Numbered from the stretch's first letter, positions 9,349 to 20,314 are shown. The stretch: 64,000 bases of DNA from an uncultured Gammaproteobacteria bacterium (GCA_964486505.1 CAZAMC010000003.1:19505-83504); one strand, 5' to 3'. Numbers and translations are program-made. The notes: a model not told the origin generated them from the letters alone.

Positions 9349-9687
9349 TTACTTAGCGGGGGGCACTGCCTTAGGAGCTGCCGCAGGCGCAGCCGCTGCA
9401 GCTGCTGCTGCCATCTCGGCTTCTTTCTGCATACGGCCACCATGTCGGACGAACTTCCGGGTTGGAGAAAACTCACCCAAGCGATGACCAACCATGTTCT
9501 CGGAAACGATGACAGTAATGTGGTTCTTCCCGTTGTGCACCCCGAAGGCGAAACCAACCATTTCCGGAGTTATCACTGAATCGCGGGACCAGGTCTTGAT
9601 GACCGTCTTATCACCAACGCGAAGCTTACCGACCTTCTTCAGGAGTTTTGCATCGGTGAACGGACCTTTTTTTAGGGATCGTGACAT
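9349..9687 (-). CDS. rpsS: 30S ribosomal protein S19 (poly-Ala C-terminal tail)
   Basis: [19 protein letters not shown]...; tail [24 protein letters not shown]. Confidence 0.9.
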   Translation of the reverse strand: MSRSLKKGPFTDAKLLKKVGKLRVGDKTVIKTWSRDSVITPEMVGFAFGVHNGKNHITVIVSENMVGHRLGEFSPTRKFVRHGGRMQKEAEMAAAAAAAAPAAAPKAVPPAK

Positions 9688-9691
9688 AGGC

Positions 9692-10537
9692 CTAGCCCTT
9701 CTTCGCCGGTCGGCGTTTGAGAATGAAACGGTCAGAGAACTTGCCCGCGCGACGAGTCTTTACCCCAAGGGCGGGCTTCCCCCACGGGGTCTTCGGGTGC
9801 TTCATACCAATCGGTTGGTTACCTTCACCACCACCATGCGGGTGGTCAACTGGATTCATAACTTTCCCGCGGACCGTTGGCCGAAAACCTTTCAAGATGA
9901 CCCGACCTGCCTTCCCGAGGCGGACATTGCTGTGATCAATGTTGGAAATTTGCCCGAGGGAGGCGCGTGCCTGTGCTGGAATGGCGCGAATTTCGCCCGA
10001 CGGCATCTTCACCTGCGCCATGCCCCCTTCCACCGCCATGATCACTGCCGACGCCCCAGCGGAACGTACGCTGATGCCGCCGCGCCCAGGTTGGAGTTCT
10101 AGACTGTGGATGGGCATGCCAACCGGAATATCCTGAAGGGGCATGCGGTTACCGACGGTCACTTCAACACGCTTTGTTGCGCTCACTACCTGCGCACCCG
10201 GCTTTAAGTCTGCTGGTGCCAAGATGTACCGCTTCTCGCCATCGGCGTACTGCAGCAACGCCAGGTAGGCGGTGCGGTTTGGATCGTACTCAATGCCTAC
10301 TACCGTGCCCGGCATATCGAGCTTATCCTGGAGGAAATCTACAGTGCGCAGGAGGCGCTTGGCGCCACCGCCCCGATGCCGCGTGGTGATCTTGCCTTGG
10401 TTATTGCGGCCACCCGTGCGGAGCTTTGGCCCGAGAAGCGACTTCTCCGGGGTGTTCTTCGTCACCTCGGTCTTCCAGCCACGCACGCCGGCATGGCGTC
10501 GCCCAGGAGTTGTTGGTTTGTAGAGTTTAAATGCCAT
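9692..10537 (-). CDS. rplB: 50S ribosomal protein L2
   Basis: 281 aa; ...[24 protein letters not shown]... Confidence 0.95.
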   Translation of the reverse strand: MAFKLYKPTTPGRRHAGVRGWKTEVTKNTPEKSLLGPKLRTGGRNNQGKITTRHRGGGAKRLLRTVDFLQDKLDMPGTVVGIEYDPNRTAYLALLQYADGEKRYILAPADLKPGAQVVSATKRVEVTVGNRMPLQDIPVGMPIHSLELQPGRGGISVRSAGASAVIMAVEGGMAQVKMPSGEIRAIPAQARASLGQISNIDHSNVRLGKAGRVILKGFRPTVRGKVMNPVDHPHGGGEGNQPIGMKHPKTPWGKPALGVKTRRAGKFSDRFILKRRPAKKG

Positions 10538-10538
10538 A

Positions 10539-10988
10539 CTAGCTCGTTACATCAATAGTCTTGCCGGTGGGGAGAGTAACCGTCGCTTTCTTCCAGGACT
10601 TCTGCGTGCCCTTCACCAGGCCAAAGCGGATGGCCTTGCCCTTTACGGTCCGCGTCGTTACGTGCACGGGGCGCACACCGTAGGCAGCGAAGACCGCATC
10701 GCGCACTTCAACCTTCCCCGCCGTCGTCGGCACGGCAAACACGTACTGGTTCAGGCTGGTTAGACGAGTAGACTTCTCGGTGAGGATGGGCCGCAGGAGT
10801 GTGCGGTGCGCGTGGCGGGTGTTCGCCTTCAGAACGCGCGGCTTCTTTGTGGCTTTCTCTGCTTTCTCGGTTTTCGGCGCTTCCGCTTCCTTGGCTGGCG
10901 TAGCCGCAACGGCCTCCTTGGCGTTTGCCGGTTTCTTATCCTTGCCCACGTCTTGGTGCTTCTTGCGAAGTCGATCGAAAAGTCCCAT
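10539..10988 (-). CDS. rplW: 50S ribosomal protein L23 (N-terminal Lys/Ala-rich extension)
   Basis: Start set at MGLFDRLRKK (cat at 10986-10988), 4 nt after the rplD stop. L23 core HRTLLRPILTEKST.... Confidence 0.85.
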   Translation of the reverse strand: MGLFDRLRKKHQDVGKDKKPANAKEAVAATPAKEAEAPKTEKAEKATKKPRVLKANTRHAHRTLLRPILTEKSTRLTSLNQYVFAVPTTAGKVEVRDAVFAAYGVRPVHVTTRTVKGKAIRFGLVKGTQKSWKKATVTLPTGKTIDVTS

Positions 10989-10992
10989 ACGA

Positions 10993-11646
10993 TTAGGTGC
11001 TGTGCTTCTTAAAGAAGGTGTTCGCGATAACATCGAGGCTGGCAACCGGGAGCACGAGGTGGTGGCTGCGAAGAACATCGTAGGCGTTCAGGCTGTCGGC
11101 GCGGAGAACCGTAACATCCTGGAGGTTCCGCGTAGCGAGAACGAGCTTCGTGTCATGGCTTGCAGGAATCACTGTGGTCTTGCGCACGGCCTTGAGTTTC
11201 TTCAGCAAACCAGCAACAGGTTTGGTCTTGCCATCGGCGGGCAGCGCTTCCACGAGGAGGAGGTGGTGCTTCGCAGCGAGGGTTGAAAGGGCCATGGCCA
11301 AAGCCTTGCGTCGAACTTTTACCGGGAGCTGCTTAGACCAGTTGCGGCCCGTGCGCGGGCCAAAGATGACGCCGCCACCCCGCCACTGCGGGCTGCGAAT
11401 AGAACCTTGCCGTGCGTTTCCCGTTCCCTTCTGGCGCCACGGCTTCTTGCCGCCGCCCCGCACTTCCGCTTTGGTCTTGCTGTGCGCTAAACCCAAACGC
11501 TGATTGGCCAAATGGGCAGTCGTCACCAGGTGCAAGAGCCCCGTGTCCACAGCGACACCGAAAATGGCTGGATCAAGCTGCACGTCCTTCGTGGGCTTAC
11601 CCTCGAGGTCGTACACCTTGGCCACAAGTTTTGCAGCGGTTGCCAT
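10993..11646 (-). CDS. rplD: 50S ribosomal protein L4
   Basis: Start at MATAAKLVAKVYDLEGK (cat at 11644-11646). Confidence 0.9.
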   Translation of the reverse strand: MATAAKLVAKVYDLEGKPTKDVQLDPAIFGVAVDTGLLHLVTTAHLANQRLGLAHSKTKAEVRGGGKKPWRQKGTGNARQGSIRSPQWRGGGVIFGPRTGRNWSKQLPVKVRRKALAMALSTLAAKHHLLLVEALPADGKTKPVAGLLKKLKAVRKTTVIPASHDTKLVLATRNLQDVTVLRADSLNAYDVLRSHHLVLPVASLDVIANTFFKKHST

Positions 11647-11647
11647 A

Positions 11648-12253
11648 CTACGCAGACTGGATGAGGAGGAGGGACCCACGGCTGCCAGGAACCGCGCCCT
11701 TGAGGGCTATCAAATTCTTGCTGGCGTCAACTTCCACGACTTCAAGATTCTCGACGGTGGTTTTCTGGCCACCCATGCGACCAGCCATGCGCAAACCCTT
11801 CATGACGTGCTGCGGGAAGGTGGCGCCAATCGAGCCGGGCATGCGGAGGTTATCCTTGTGGCCGTGCGAGGCCGGACCGCCGCGGAAACCGTGGCGGCGC
11901 ACAACCCCTTGAAAACCTTTGCCTTTGGCAGTGCCGGTGACACGCACGACATTCCCAACGGCAAACGTTGATGCATCTATGAGCTTCCCGCGCTCCAGCC
12001 CCTGTGTGTCATCTACCCGAACTTCCTTCAGGTGCGCATTTGCTTGCAGATCTTTCGTATGGCCGGCGCGGGCCTTGGTGGCGTGTTTCGCAGTACCAAA
12101 GCTCAACTGCACAGCCGAGTACCCGTCCTTATCGGCGGTCTTCACCTGGGCAACAACGCACGGGCCAGCCTCCACGAGGGTCACCGGCACGACGGCGCCA
12201 TTCTCATGGAACCGCTGCGTCATACCAATTTTTTTTGCGAGGATGAAGGACAT
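11648..12253 (-). CDS. rplC: 50S ribosomal protein L3
   Basis: Start at MSFILAKKIGMTQRF (cat at 12251-12253). Confidence 0.9.
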   Translation of the reverse strand: MSFILAKKIGMTQRFHENGAVVPVTLVEAGPCVVAQVKTADKDGYSAVQLSFGTAKHATKARAGHTKDLQANAHLKEVRVDDTQGLERGKLIDASTFAVGNVVRVTGTAKGKGFQGVVRRHGFRGGPASHGHKDNLRMPGSIGATFPQHVMKGLRMAGRMGGQKTTVENLEVVEVDASKNLIALKGAVPGSRGSLLLIQSA

Positions 12254-12446
12254 GGTCTGAGAAAAAGAAAATCTGGCCAATGACTGCCAGATGTCGGTCC
12301 ACGTGGGTGGACGTCCATGGCGAGTCGTTATCCCGGGCTTACGGGTGAACTGGTGCGACTATTGTCAGCCCGAGAACCTACTGCCTGCGTACGCTGCGGT
12401 AGGGTCGGCGTCCCACGGAGTGGGCAGACGACCTCACCGCATTGAA

Positions 12447-12797
12447 CTACATCTTAATTTCTACGTCAACCCCGGCGGGCAAGTTCAGGTTCATGAGGGC
12501 GTCAACGGTCTTGGCCGTGGGGTCTAGAATATCCAGCAAGCGCTTGTGGGTGCGCATTTCGTACTGCTCGCGCGAGTTCTTGTGCGCAAACGAGGAACGA
12601 ATAACCGTAAAACGATTTCGTTCGGTTGGCAGGGGCACAGGCCCGCGCACGCTCGCGCCCGTCCGTTTCACGGTGTCGATGATCGTGCGGATAGATTGGT
12701 CGATGATCTTGTGGTCGTACCCACGGATCCGAATGCGGATGCGCTGGTGGACCTCTTCTTCGACTGTCTGTACGGGTTGTGGGGTAGCGTCTGCCAT
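12447..12797 (-). CDS. rpsJ: 30S ribosomal protein S10
   Basis: Start at [10 protein letters not shown]... (cat at 12795-12797). [16 protein letters not shown]... S10 signature. Confidence 0.9.
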   Translation of the reverse strand: MADATPQPVQTVEEEVHQRIRIRIRGYDHKIIDQSIRTIIDTVKRTGASVRGPVPLPTERNRFTVIRSSFAHKNSREQYEMRTHKRLLDILDPTAKTVDALMNLNLPAGVDVEIKM

Positions 12798-12864
12798 GGA
12801 ACGAGCTAAGGAGCGGGAGAAACCTCGCCCGCCCCGCAACAGCGGGACGGGCGAGGGTAAAGTA

Positions 12865-14052
12865 TTACTTAATAATCTTGGTCACAACTCCGGCGCCAAC
12901 CGTGTGGCCACCTTCGCGGATCGCGAAGCGCTGGTTCTCTTCCAAAGCCACCGGGGCGACGAGCTTCACAACAAGGTTTACTGTATCACCCGGCATGACC
13001 ATTTCCGCGCCGGCCGGAAGTTCTACTTCACCGGTAACATCCGTGGTGCGGATGTAGAACTGCGGCTTGTACCCCTTTAAAAACGGGGTGTGGCGGCCGC
13101 CTTCTTCCTTGGTGAGAATGTAGCACTTCGTTTCAAAGTCGGTGTGCGGGGTAATAGTGCCCGGCTTGGCAACAACTTGGCCGCGCTCCACTTCATCCTT
13201 CTTCGTACCGCGGAGGAGCAAACCAGCATTATCACCTGCTTGGCCCTGGTCGAGCTGCTTCTTAAACATCTCGATACCCGTCACGACGGTTTTCGAGGTG
13301 GCCTTCAGCCCAACAATTTCGATTTCCTCGTTGAGCTTAATTGCGCCACGCTCGATGCGCCCGGTAACCACCGTGCCTCGACCTTCGATGGAGAACACGT
13401 CTTCAACCGGCATGAGGAAGGGCTTATCAAGATCGCGCTTTGGCTCTGGAATGTACTCGTCCAACGTCTTAACGAGCTGGAGGATAGATTCCTGTGCCGC
13501 TTTGTCACCCTCGAGGGCCTTGAGGGCCGACCCGCGGATGATGGGGGTGGTGTCGCCTGGGAACTCGTACTTCTTCAGGAGGTCGCGGATTTCGACTTCG
13601 ACGAGGTCAATGAGTTCGGCATCGTTCACCATATCGACCTTGTTCAAGAAAACCACGATGTACGGCACACCCACCTGGCGAGCGAGCAAGATGTGCTCAC
13701 GAGTCTGGGGCATGGGACCGTCAGCTGCAGAGACGACGAGTACTGCGCCGTCCATCTGGGCGGCACCGGTGATCATGTTCTTCACGTAGTCGGCGTGCCC
13801 GGGGCAGTCGACGTGCGCGTAGTGGCGCTTCTCTGATTCGTATTCCACGTGCGCCGTAGCAATGGTAATACCGCGCGCCTTCTCTTCCGGCGCGTTGTCG
13901 ATTTGGTCGACGCCCTTCTGCTGGGCTTTCATGCCGTGATCAGCAAGGGTCTTGAGAATAGCCGCAGTGAGCGTGGTCTTCCCATGGTCAACGTGACCAA
14001 TGGTCCCAACGTTCACGTGTGGCTTGCTGCGGTCAAAGGTTTCTGCTGCCAT
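12865..14052 (-). CDS. tuf: Elongation factor Tu
   Basis: 395 aa; [26 protein letters not shown] motifs. Confidence 0.95.
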   Translation of the reverse strand: MAAETFDRSKPHVNVGTIGHVDHGKTTLTAAILKTLADHGMKAQQKGVDQIDNAPEEKARGITIATAHVEYESEKRHYAHVDCPGHADYVKNMITGAAQMDGAVLVVSAADGPMPQTREHILLARQVGVPYIVVFLNKVDMVNDAELIDLVEVEIRDLLKKYEFPGDTTPIIRGSALKALEGDKAAQESILQLVKTLDEYIPEPKRDLDKPFLMPVEDVFSIEGRGTVVTGRIERGAIKLNEEIEIVGLKATSKTVVTGIEMFKKQLDQGQAGDNAGLLLRGTKKDEVERGQVVAKPGTITPHTDFETKCYILTKEEGGRHTPFLKGYKPQFYIRTTDVTGEVELPAGAEMVMPGDTVNLVVKLVAPVALEENQRFAIREGGHTVGAGVVTKIIK

Positions 14053-14153
14053 AGACGTGAGAATTAATGGCTAGGGTTAGAGAAAGTGGAGAAAATGAGT
14101 GCGAACGTGAGCATACCAACCTCTTGCCAACTTGGCAAGGGGGCCGCCCTCGG

Positions 14154-16241
14154 CTAACCCGCGGGCTGGACTGCGGACTTCTCAATAATCCCTTGGGCAA
14201 CGTTCCGAGGGACTTCTGCGTAGTGGCTGAACTCCATGCTGTAGGAAGCACGGCCCTGGGTCATGGACCGAAGGGCGGTGGCGTAGCCAAACATCTCGGC
14301 CAGCGGGACATCGGCATCAATAACCCGCATTTGGCCACGGTCACGCATTTCCTTAATCTGGGCCCGTTTGCTATTCAGGTCACCAATGACATCGCCCATG
14401 AACGATTCCGGTGTTACCGCTTCAACTTTCATAATTGGCTCCAAAAGGATGGGCTTGGCTTTCTTGCACGCAGCCTGCACAGCCATGGAGCCCGCAATCT
14501 TGAATGCCATTTCCGAAGAGTCAACTTCGTGGTAGCTGCCGTCGTACACCGTAGCTTTCACATCAATCATCGGGAAGCCGGCAATGATGCCGCGGTCGAG
14601 GGCTTCGGCAATGCCTTTGTTGATGGGCTGGATGTACTCCTTCGGAATAGTGCCGCCCTTTACGTCGTCAACGAATTCGTAGCCCTTCCCCTTCTCGTTG
14701 GGCTCAACTTTCACCCAGCAGTGGCCGTACTGACCGCGGCCACCGGTCTGGCGAATGTACTTCCCTTCAGCATCGCCAGTCGTGGTGATCGTTTCCTTAT
14801 AGGCTACCTGCGGTTTCCCAACGTTCGCTTCTACTTTGAACTCCCGCTTCATACGGTCAACGATGATATCCAAGTGCAATTCACCCATGCCCGAGATAAT
14901 GGTCTGGTTAGTTTCCTCGTTGAATTTCACCCGGAAAGTCGGGTCTTCTTCAGCCAGACGCTGAATAGCGGTACCCATTTTCTCTTGGTCGGCCTTGGTC
15001 TTTGGCTCAATGGCTAAGTCGATGACCGGCGTGGGGAAGGTGATGGATTCCAGCACCACGTGGTGGTCAGGATCGCAGATGGTATGACCAGTGAAGGTGT
15101 TCTTCAGGCCCACAATGGCGGCAATCTCTCCCGCGTACACTTCCTGCACTTCTTCGCGGTGGTTGGCGTGCAGGCGAACGATACGGCCGACGCGTTCCTT
15201 CTCTCTGGTGGACGTGTTGTAGACGTACGACCCTGCAGTCAGCGTGCCCGTGTAAATGCGGAAGAACGCAAGCTTCCCAACGAATGGGTCGGCCGCGATC
15301 TTAAAGACCAACCCGGCGAATGGCTTGGTATCATCCGGCGAACAGACAACTTCCGCATTCGTCTTTGGGTCAATGCCTTTGGCAGCCGGAATTTCGAGGG
15401 GATTTGGCAAGTAGTCCACCACCGCGTCTAGCAATAGCTGTACCCCCTTGTTCTTCAGGGCCGACCCGCACATGACGGGCACGATTTCATTGGTAATCAC
15501 GGCCTTGCGGAGCGTCGCCTTCAACGCCTCGAGGGGTGGCTCTTTACCCTCTAAGTACTGGTTCAGAAGTGCTTCGTCTTGCTCCACGATGGCCTCAATG
15601 AGTTTGTGGCGGAATTCCTCCACCTTGTCTTTCATGTCAGCGGGGACTTCAATCTGCTGCACGTCCTTACCAAGGTCATCCTTGTAGACGTACGCCGTGC
15701 GGGTGAAGAGGTCGATGACGCCCTGGAACGTCTCCGCGGCACCGATTGGCAACTGCAGAGGATGCGCACGGGTGGTGAGGCGTTCGTGGATGGATTTGAG
15801 GTCGTAGTCGAAGTCCGCGCCCATGCGGTCCATCTTGTTGATGAAGCAAATGCGCGGCACGCCAAACTTCTCGGCTTGGTGCCAGACGGTCTCGGACTGC
15901 GATTCCACGCCCGCCACGCCGTCGAAGACCACCACGCCCCCGTCGAGCACCCGCAAGCTGCGCTGCACTTCTACGGTGAAGTCAATGTGCCCAGGCGTGT
16001 CGATGAGGTTGATGCGCTTGCCGTTCCAGAAGCAGGTGGTGGCGGCAGCCGTGATGGTGATCCCGCGCTCTTTCTCCTGCTCCATCCAGTCCATTTCGGC
16101 GGCGCCTTCGTGCACTTCACCAATCTTGTGCTTCTTGCCCGTGTAGAACAAAATGCGCTCGGACACGGTGGTCTTGCCTGCATCAATGTGGGCAATAATG
16201 CCAATGTTTCGAGTGTTTTCTAGCGAGTATTCACGGGCCAT
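14154..16241 (-). CDS. fusA: Elongation factor G
   Basis: 695 aa; [21 protein letters not shown]. Confidence 0.95.
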   Translation of the reverse strand: MAREYSLENTRNIGIIAHIDAGKTTVSERILFYTGKKHKIGEVHEGAAEMDWMEQEKERGITITAAATTCFWNGKRINLIDTPGHIDFTVEVQRSLRVLDGGVVVFDGVAGVESQSETVWHQAEKFGVPRICFINKMDRMGADFDYDLKSIHERLTTRAHPLQLPIGAAETFQGVIDLFTRTAYVYKDDLGKDVQQIEVPADMKDKVEEFRHKLIEAIVEQDEALLNQYLEGKEPPLEALKATLRKAVITNEIVPVMCGSALKNKGVQLLLDAVVDYLPNPLEIPAAKGIDPKTNAEVVCSPDDTKPFAGLVFKIAADPFVGKLAFFRIYTGTLTAGSYVYNTSTREKERVGRIVRLHANHREEVQEVYAGEIAAIVGLKNTFTGHTICDPDHHVVLESITFPTPVIDLAIEPKTKADQEKMGTAIQRLAEEDPTFRVKFNEETNQTIISGMGELHLDIIVDRMKREFKVEANVGKPQVAYKETITTTGDAEGKYIRQTGGRGQYGHCWVKVEPNEKGKGYEFVDDVKGGTIPKEYIQPINKGIAEALDRGIIAGFPMIDVKATVYDGSYHEVDSSEMAFKIAGSMAVQAACKKAKPILLEPIMKVEAVTPESFMGDVIGDLNSKRAQIKEMRDRGQMRVIDADVPLAEMFGYATALRSMTQGRASYSMEFSHYAEVPRNVAQGIIEKSAVQPAG

Positions 16242-16319
16242 ACGGAAGGGAAAGTGGCTAGTTATAGAAACGGCGGCTGATACGCCGCGAAATACGAAGG
16301 CCGAGCCAGCGGAGGCGCC

Positions 16320-16784
16320 TTACGCGAAGTGGGCAAAGGCGCGGTTCGCCTCAGCCATGCGGTGCACGTCCAGTTTCTTCTTCACCGCGTCGCCTTCGTT
16401 ATTGATGGCTGCCACGAGCTCCGCGGCAAGCTTCTCGGCCATTGGCCGACCTTTCTTGCTGCGGGCGGCGCCCAGAATCCAACGGAACGCCAGGGCTTGC
16501 CGGCGATCACCGCGAACTTCCATTGGAACTTGGTAATTAGAGCCACCCACGCGCTTGGCCTTCACTTCAACAGTTGGCGCAATGTTGCGAATGGCGAGGT
16601 CAAAACCTTCCACCGGCGGCTTACCGGTCTTCTCCTGCACGATGTCGAGGGCGCGGTAGACAATAGCCTGCGCAACGGTCTTCTTGCCACGCTCCATGAC
16701 AAAGTTGATAAACTTACCGAGAACGGGGTTGCCGTACTTCGGATCGGGAGCAATGCGTCGTTTGGGAGCTTGTTTGCCGCGCAT
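16320..16784 (-). CDS. rpsG: 30S ribosomal protein S7
   Basis: 154 aa S7 family. Confidence 0.9.
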   Translation of the reverse strand: MRGKQAPKRRIAPDPKYGNPVLGKFINFVMERGKKTVAQAIVYRALDIVQEKTGKPPVEGFDLAIRNIAPTVEVKAKRVGGSNYQVPMEVRGDRRQALAFRWILGAARSKKGRPMAEKLAAELVAAINNEGDAVKKKLDVHRMAEANRAFAHFA

Positions 16785-16787
16785 AGG

Positions 16788-17201
16788 TTAGCCTTTCTTG
16801 GCGCCGTACAAACTGCGGCCCTGCTTGCGGTTCGCTACGCCCTGCGTGTCGTATACGCCGCGGACAATGTGGTAACGAACACCCGGGAGATCTTTAACAC
16901 GGCCACCGCGGATGAGGACAATGGAGTGCTCCTGGAGATTATGACCGATTCCCGGAATGTAGGCGGTTACTTCCATACCATTCGAGAGGCGAACACGGGC
17001 AATTTTCCGAAGCGCCGAGTTTGGCTTCTTCGGCGTAGTGGTTGTCACCTTCACGCACACCCCCCGCTTAAATGGGCTGCCTTCCGGCAGGTTGTGGCGG
17101 TAGCGCTTGAGCGGGTTGAGCACCGGCTGGAGGGCCGGCGTCTTGGACTTCAGCTTGTTGGTGGCCCGACCACGACGGACGAGCTGGTTAACGGTTGGCA
17201 T
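16788..17201 (-). CDS. rpsL: 30S ribosomal protein S12
   Basis: [12 protein letters not shown]...; [10 protein letters not shown]. Confidence 0.95.
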   Translation of the reverse strand: MPTVNQLVRRGRATNKLKSKTPALQPVLNPLKRYRHNLPEGSPFKRGVCVKVTTTTPKKPNSALRKIARVRLSNGMEVTAYIPGIGHNLQEHSIVLIRGGRVKDLPGVRYHIVRGVYDTQGVANRKQGRSLYGAKKG

Positions 17202-17327
17202 GCTGGAGTAATGAAAATCCGGTAGGGGCGAGGGCAGCCCTACGTGAACGAGTCAGCGGAGGGGCGGTAACCGGAAATCTGCAGGAGCGAATGTACCACG
17301 CCGCTCCACGTGCGTCAAGCGCGAGTC

Positions 17328-17957
17328 CTACGGGATGATGACCCGGAAGGCTACATCCTCTACGGCCCCAAAAACCCTGCTCAAGAGTGGCTGCCCAAGG
17401 AAGACGAGGCCGACGAGGATAACGAACCCGTACTTATTGAAGAATTCTACAATTCCGTGAAAACGGTCCGGCAGGAGGTTGAGGAGTTTCGAGCCATCCA
17501 GCGGAGGCACGGGCAGGAGGTTGAAGAGCATGAGCACGATGTTGAACTGCACCAACAAAGCCAAAAAATTCAGGAGGAGGTTCGTGTTGGGCAAGTCCCC
17601 AAATTGCAGAACGACCCGCAAAATAATGCCGAAAACAATAAGCCCTACCAGGTTGGAAGCCGGACCAGCTAGGGAGACGATCGCCGGCCCCCAGCGTCGG
17701 GCCTTGAGGTTGTACGGATTGAAGGGCACGGGTTTCCCCCACCCAAAGCCAACCAGGACGAGCGCGATGAAGCCCCATGGATCAACGTGCGAGAGAGGGT
17801 TCAGGGTCACCCGGCCTTCCAGCTCGGCAGTACTGTCCCCTTGGAGCTTGGCGACGATGGCGTGGCTAAATTCGTGGATGGTGATGGCCACAACAATGGC
17901 CAGCACCCAGGCGACCGCCAGGGGTGGATTGGAGGAGAGGAGATTCAAGAACGGCAT
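17328..17957 (-). CDS. Peptidase M50 family (site-2 protease-like) membrane metalloprotease
   Basis: HEFSH (HExxH) in a TM helix; LDG motif (LLPVPPLDGSKLL). Confidence 0.7.
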   Translation of the reverse strand: MPFLNLLSSNPPLAVAWVLAIVVAITIHEFSHAIVAKLQGDSTAELEGRVTLNPLSHVDPWGFIALVLVGFGWGKPVPFNPYNLKARRWGPAIVSLAGPASNLVGLIVFGIILRVVLQFGDLPNTNLLLNFLALLVQFNIVLMLFNLLPVPPLDGSKLLNLLPDRFHGIVEFFNKYGFVILVGLVFLGQPLLSRVFGAVEDVAFRVIIP

Positions 17958-18016
17958 AGGACTTGCCAGGATAGGTAACGCGTGGTAGTCTGCACAGCAC
18001 TAGCGTAGCATACTCT

Positions 18017-18196
18017 ATGGCACGAACCTGTTCCATCTGCGGTCGGGGTGCGCTGAAAGGCAACATGCGCAGCCACTCCAAGATTGCCACCATCAAGCGG
18101 CAGCACGTTAACGTGCAAACCTTGTTTGTGGGCGGCAAGCGCGTTACCGCTTGCACATCTTGCATCCGGAGCAACGCCCGCAAGAGCGCCAAGTAA
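18017..18196 (+). CDS. rpmB: 50S ribosomal protein L28 (zinc-ribbon type), 59 aa - absent from the ORF track (<60 aa)
   Basis: Manual translation MARTCSICGRGALKGNMRSHSKIATIKRQHVNVQTLFVGGKRVTACTSCIRSNARKSAK*. L28 signature GNN/MRSHS, plus CxxC...CxxC. Confidence 0.8.
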   Translation: MARTCSICGRGALKGNMRSHSKIATIKRQHVNVQTLFVGGKRVTACTSCIRSNARKSAK

Positions 18197-18242
18197 CCCC
18201 CCTGCACTATAGAAAAATGCTCCGCTACGCGGAGCATTTTAG

Positions 18243-19034
18243 TTAGAAAAGGTACTTGGCAATGTCGCCAATGAACGCATATGCGAAGAGTGACAGGACC
18301 GCGAGTACACCCACAACTCGGAAGGGTGTAACGATCTTCGGCGTGTAGCGCTCGGCCAACTTGGCAATGATGTTCCCCACATCCAGTATTGGGAACGGGA
18401 GCGAGTTGAGCAGCCCCAGAGAAAAGCTGAAGATGGCCACCCGAGTAACCACCTCTTCCCAACTTGGTGCCTGCGCGAACGCGATAATTTCCGATGGGCC
18501 GGCTTGCCGCAACGGCACGAGGTACAGACCGTAAGCGGTAAACGCGAGGGCAAAAAGTGAGGTGAGCGGCAGGAGGAAGGCCGAAAGCGGGCGCCGTAGC
18601 CAAAAGATGCAACCGGCCACAGCTAAGGGGATGACAAAATTCCAACTGCCCTTCAGCAGGACAAGCAACGCAATGAGGGTTACGGCCCCTGTGTAATTGG
18701 CGAGAATCCCTGCTCCGTACACTTCAGCGTAGTCCACGTACCCCAGCCGCTTCATGTACACGATTCCCCGAAGCGTTGGTTTCACGTAGGCGCCAATTAG
18801 CAACGGATGCAGGCAGAAGTACACTGGCACTTTCCCGCCCCGGACGCGTACCCGCAGGTGCGGCACTTTGGGCAGAGGGATCCCCAAACCAATTTCGGTC
18901 ACGGGAATGTTGTGTCGCCGCATGGCCAAGTAGTGCCCGAGCTCGTGCGCCATGACAATGGCAACGAAACCGAACAGCGTAATGGTAAAGAGCACCTGAA
19001 GCCTCCTTTGTTTTCTTGCTTTTTTGTACGCCAA
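18243..19034 (-). CDS. Second peptidase M50 family membrane metalloprotease (paralog)
   Basis: HELGH in TM; LPFPILDVG; multi-TM. Confidence 0.65.
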   Translation of the reverse strand: MAYKKARKQRRLQVLFTITLFGFVAIVMAHELGHYLAMRRHNIPVTEIGLGIPLPKVPHLRVRVRGGKVPVYFCLHPLLIGAYVKPTLRGIVYMKRLGYVDYAEVYGAGILANYTGAVTLIALLVLLKGSWNFVIPLAVAGCIFWLRRPLSAFLLPLTSLFALAFTAYGLYLVPLRQAGPSEIIAFAQAPSWEEVVTRVAIFSFSLGLLNSLPFPILDVGNIIAKLAERYTPKIVTPFRVVGVLAVLSLFAYAFIGDIAKYLF

Positions 19035-19094
19035 CGGTACGGCTTTCTACCGCAGCCGTCAATGCTCGACGAGAAGAAAAACTTCTCGGGCGAG

Positions 19095-19832
19095 CTACAA
19101 GTACTGCACGAGTTGTTCAGGATGGAGTAATGGCCAATCGTGCACGCCCACTACCCGGTTGAGCTGTGCATTGGGCATGATACGGACCAATTCTTCTCCT
19201 ACCGCTACGGGCACAAAATCATCCTGGTCGCCCCAGAGAATAGTCGTAGGAATTGACACCTGCTTGGCCTCCGCTCGAACATCGAGTCGCTTACATTCGT
19301 TTGCCAGGCGGAAGAGGTCACGCGGATTATGCGTGAGGTTGTACCCAAACGCCGCCACGACGTTTTGCATGTAACGCCGCGGCGCGTGTGCGACATTCTG
19401 CGCTTCCTTCTGCAACCACTGCACGTTCCAAGTGGCGCTCTTCCGCTGAATGGGCGCGCCAAGTGGATCAATGAGGATGAGTTTCCGCACCAGCCCGGGC
19501 GGGAGGAGCGACGCAGCCACAATGGCCACCGCCCCACCAAATGAATGACCGACCAAAATGCAGTCGTGGAGGCCAAGGTGAGTGAGCCATTCGGCGTAGA
19601 GCTTCCCAAAATCGTGAACCCCAAAATCCGGCCGGGGGAGGCGTTGAGATTTTCCATGCCCCACGAGGGAGGGAGTGAAGACGCAGTACTTGTCGGCCAA
19701 CAACTCCCGCACGTGCTGGGTCCCGCCCGCATGCACACTCCAGCCGTGCAAGAATACCAGCGGCGCGCCGGAACCCGCGCTGTAACTGTGAATATGCATC
19801 CCCTGAATATGGTGGCTGTGCTCCTGGTGCAT
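19095..19832 (-). CDS. Alpha/beta-hydrolase fold protein
   Basis: GHSFGG nucleophile elbow; HGW...; 245 aa. Confidence 0.65.
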   Translation of the reverse strand: MHQEHSHHIQGMHIHSYSAGSGAPLVFLHGWSVHAGGTQHVRELLADKYCVFTPSLVGHGKSQRLPRPDFGVHDFGKLYAEWLTHLGLHDCILVGHSFGGAVAIVAASLLPPGLVRKLILIDPLGAPIQRKSATWNVQWLQKEAQNVAHAPRRYMQNVVAAFGYNLTHNPRDLFRLANECKRLDVRAEAKQVSIPTTILWGDQDDFVPVAVGEELVRIMPNAQLNRVVGVHDWPLLHPEQLVQYL

Positions 19833-19855
19833 ACCTCCATCCTACCACGTTGCCC

Positions 19856-19864
19856 TGCTATACT
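19856..19864 (+). promoter_or_regulatory. Extended -10 TGCTATACT, 6 nt upstream of ATG 19871 (leaderless)
   Basis: Plus-strand instance of the recurring motif. Confidence 0.45.
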
Positions 19865-19870
19865 CTGGCC

Positions 19871-20314
19871 ATGCCTTCACTTTTCGCCCTCCTCCTCTTT
19901 GCCCTTCTCACGGCGAGTTTACACGCCTGGATGGAAATTGAGATTGAGGGGCCAAATGGCTGGGCGGCAAAGCTGCCAACGAAACGGTACGACACTACAT
20001 TGGCCCGCCTCATCTTTGGCGTACCCATTACGCGATACCACCTGGTGATGATGGCGACCATTCTGGCATTCGCTCACCTCCCTGCCCTCTTCGTTGCGCC
20101 CTGGACGTTTGCGCATGAACTCGTTGTCTTCGGGTACGTCATCCTTCACTTTACGTTGGAAGACTTCTTGTGGTTTGTGTTCAATCCCGCTTATGGAATT
20201 CGAAAATTTTCTAAGCAGAACATCTGGTGGCACAGCCGCTGGTTCCTTGGCCTACCCCTGGCCTACTGGACTGGACTGCCTGTTGGTCTTGCCTTGCTGC
20301 TGCTAGGCATGTAA
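19871..20314 (+). CDS. Hypothetical integral membrane protein (start moved to MPSLFALL...)
   Basis: 4 predicted TM helices. TGCTATACT extended -10 lies 6 nt upstream of ATG 19871 (leaderless). Confidence 0.45.
   Translation: MPSLFALLLFALLTASLHAWMEIEIEGPNGWAAKLPTKRYDTTLARLIFGVPITRYHLVMMATILAFAHLPALFVAPWTFAHELVVFGYVILHFTLEDFLWFVFNPAYGIRKFSKQNIWWHSRWFLGLPLAYWTGLPVGLALLLLGM

Noticed and set aside
9355-9420. GCNGCN trinucleotide run (gccgctgcagctgctgctgcc) considered as a tandem repeat or CRISPR-like element
   Set aside because: It simply encodes the poly-Ala tail of S19 on the minus strand. No spacer/repeat architecture was found anywhere in the window.
12291-12527. 78-aa plus-strand ORF inside the rpsJ-rplC spacer as a possible small gene
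   Set aside because: It is antisense to the ribosomal operon, overlaps the rpsJ 3' end, and has no RBS or promoter. The spacer is better explained as a structured RNA leader.
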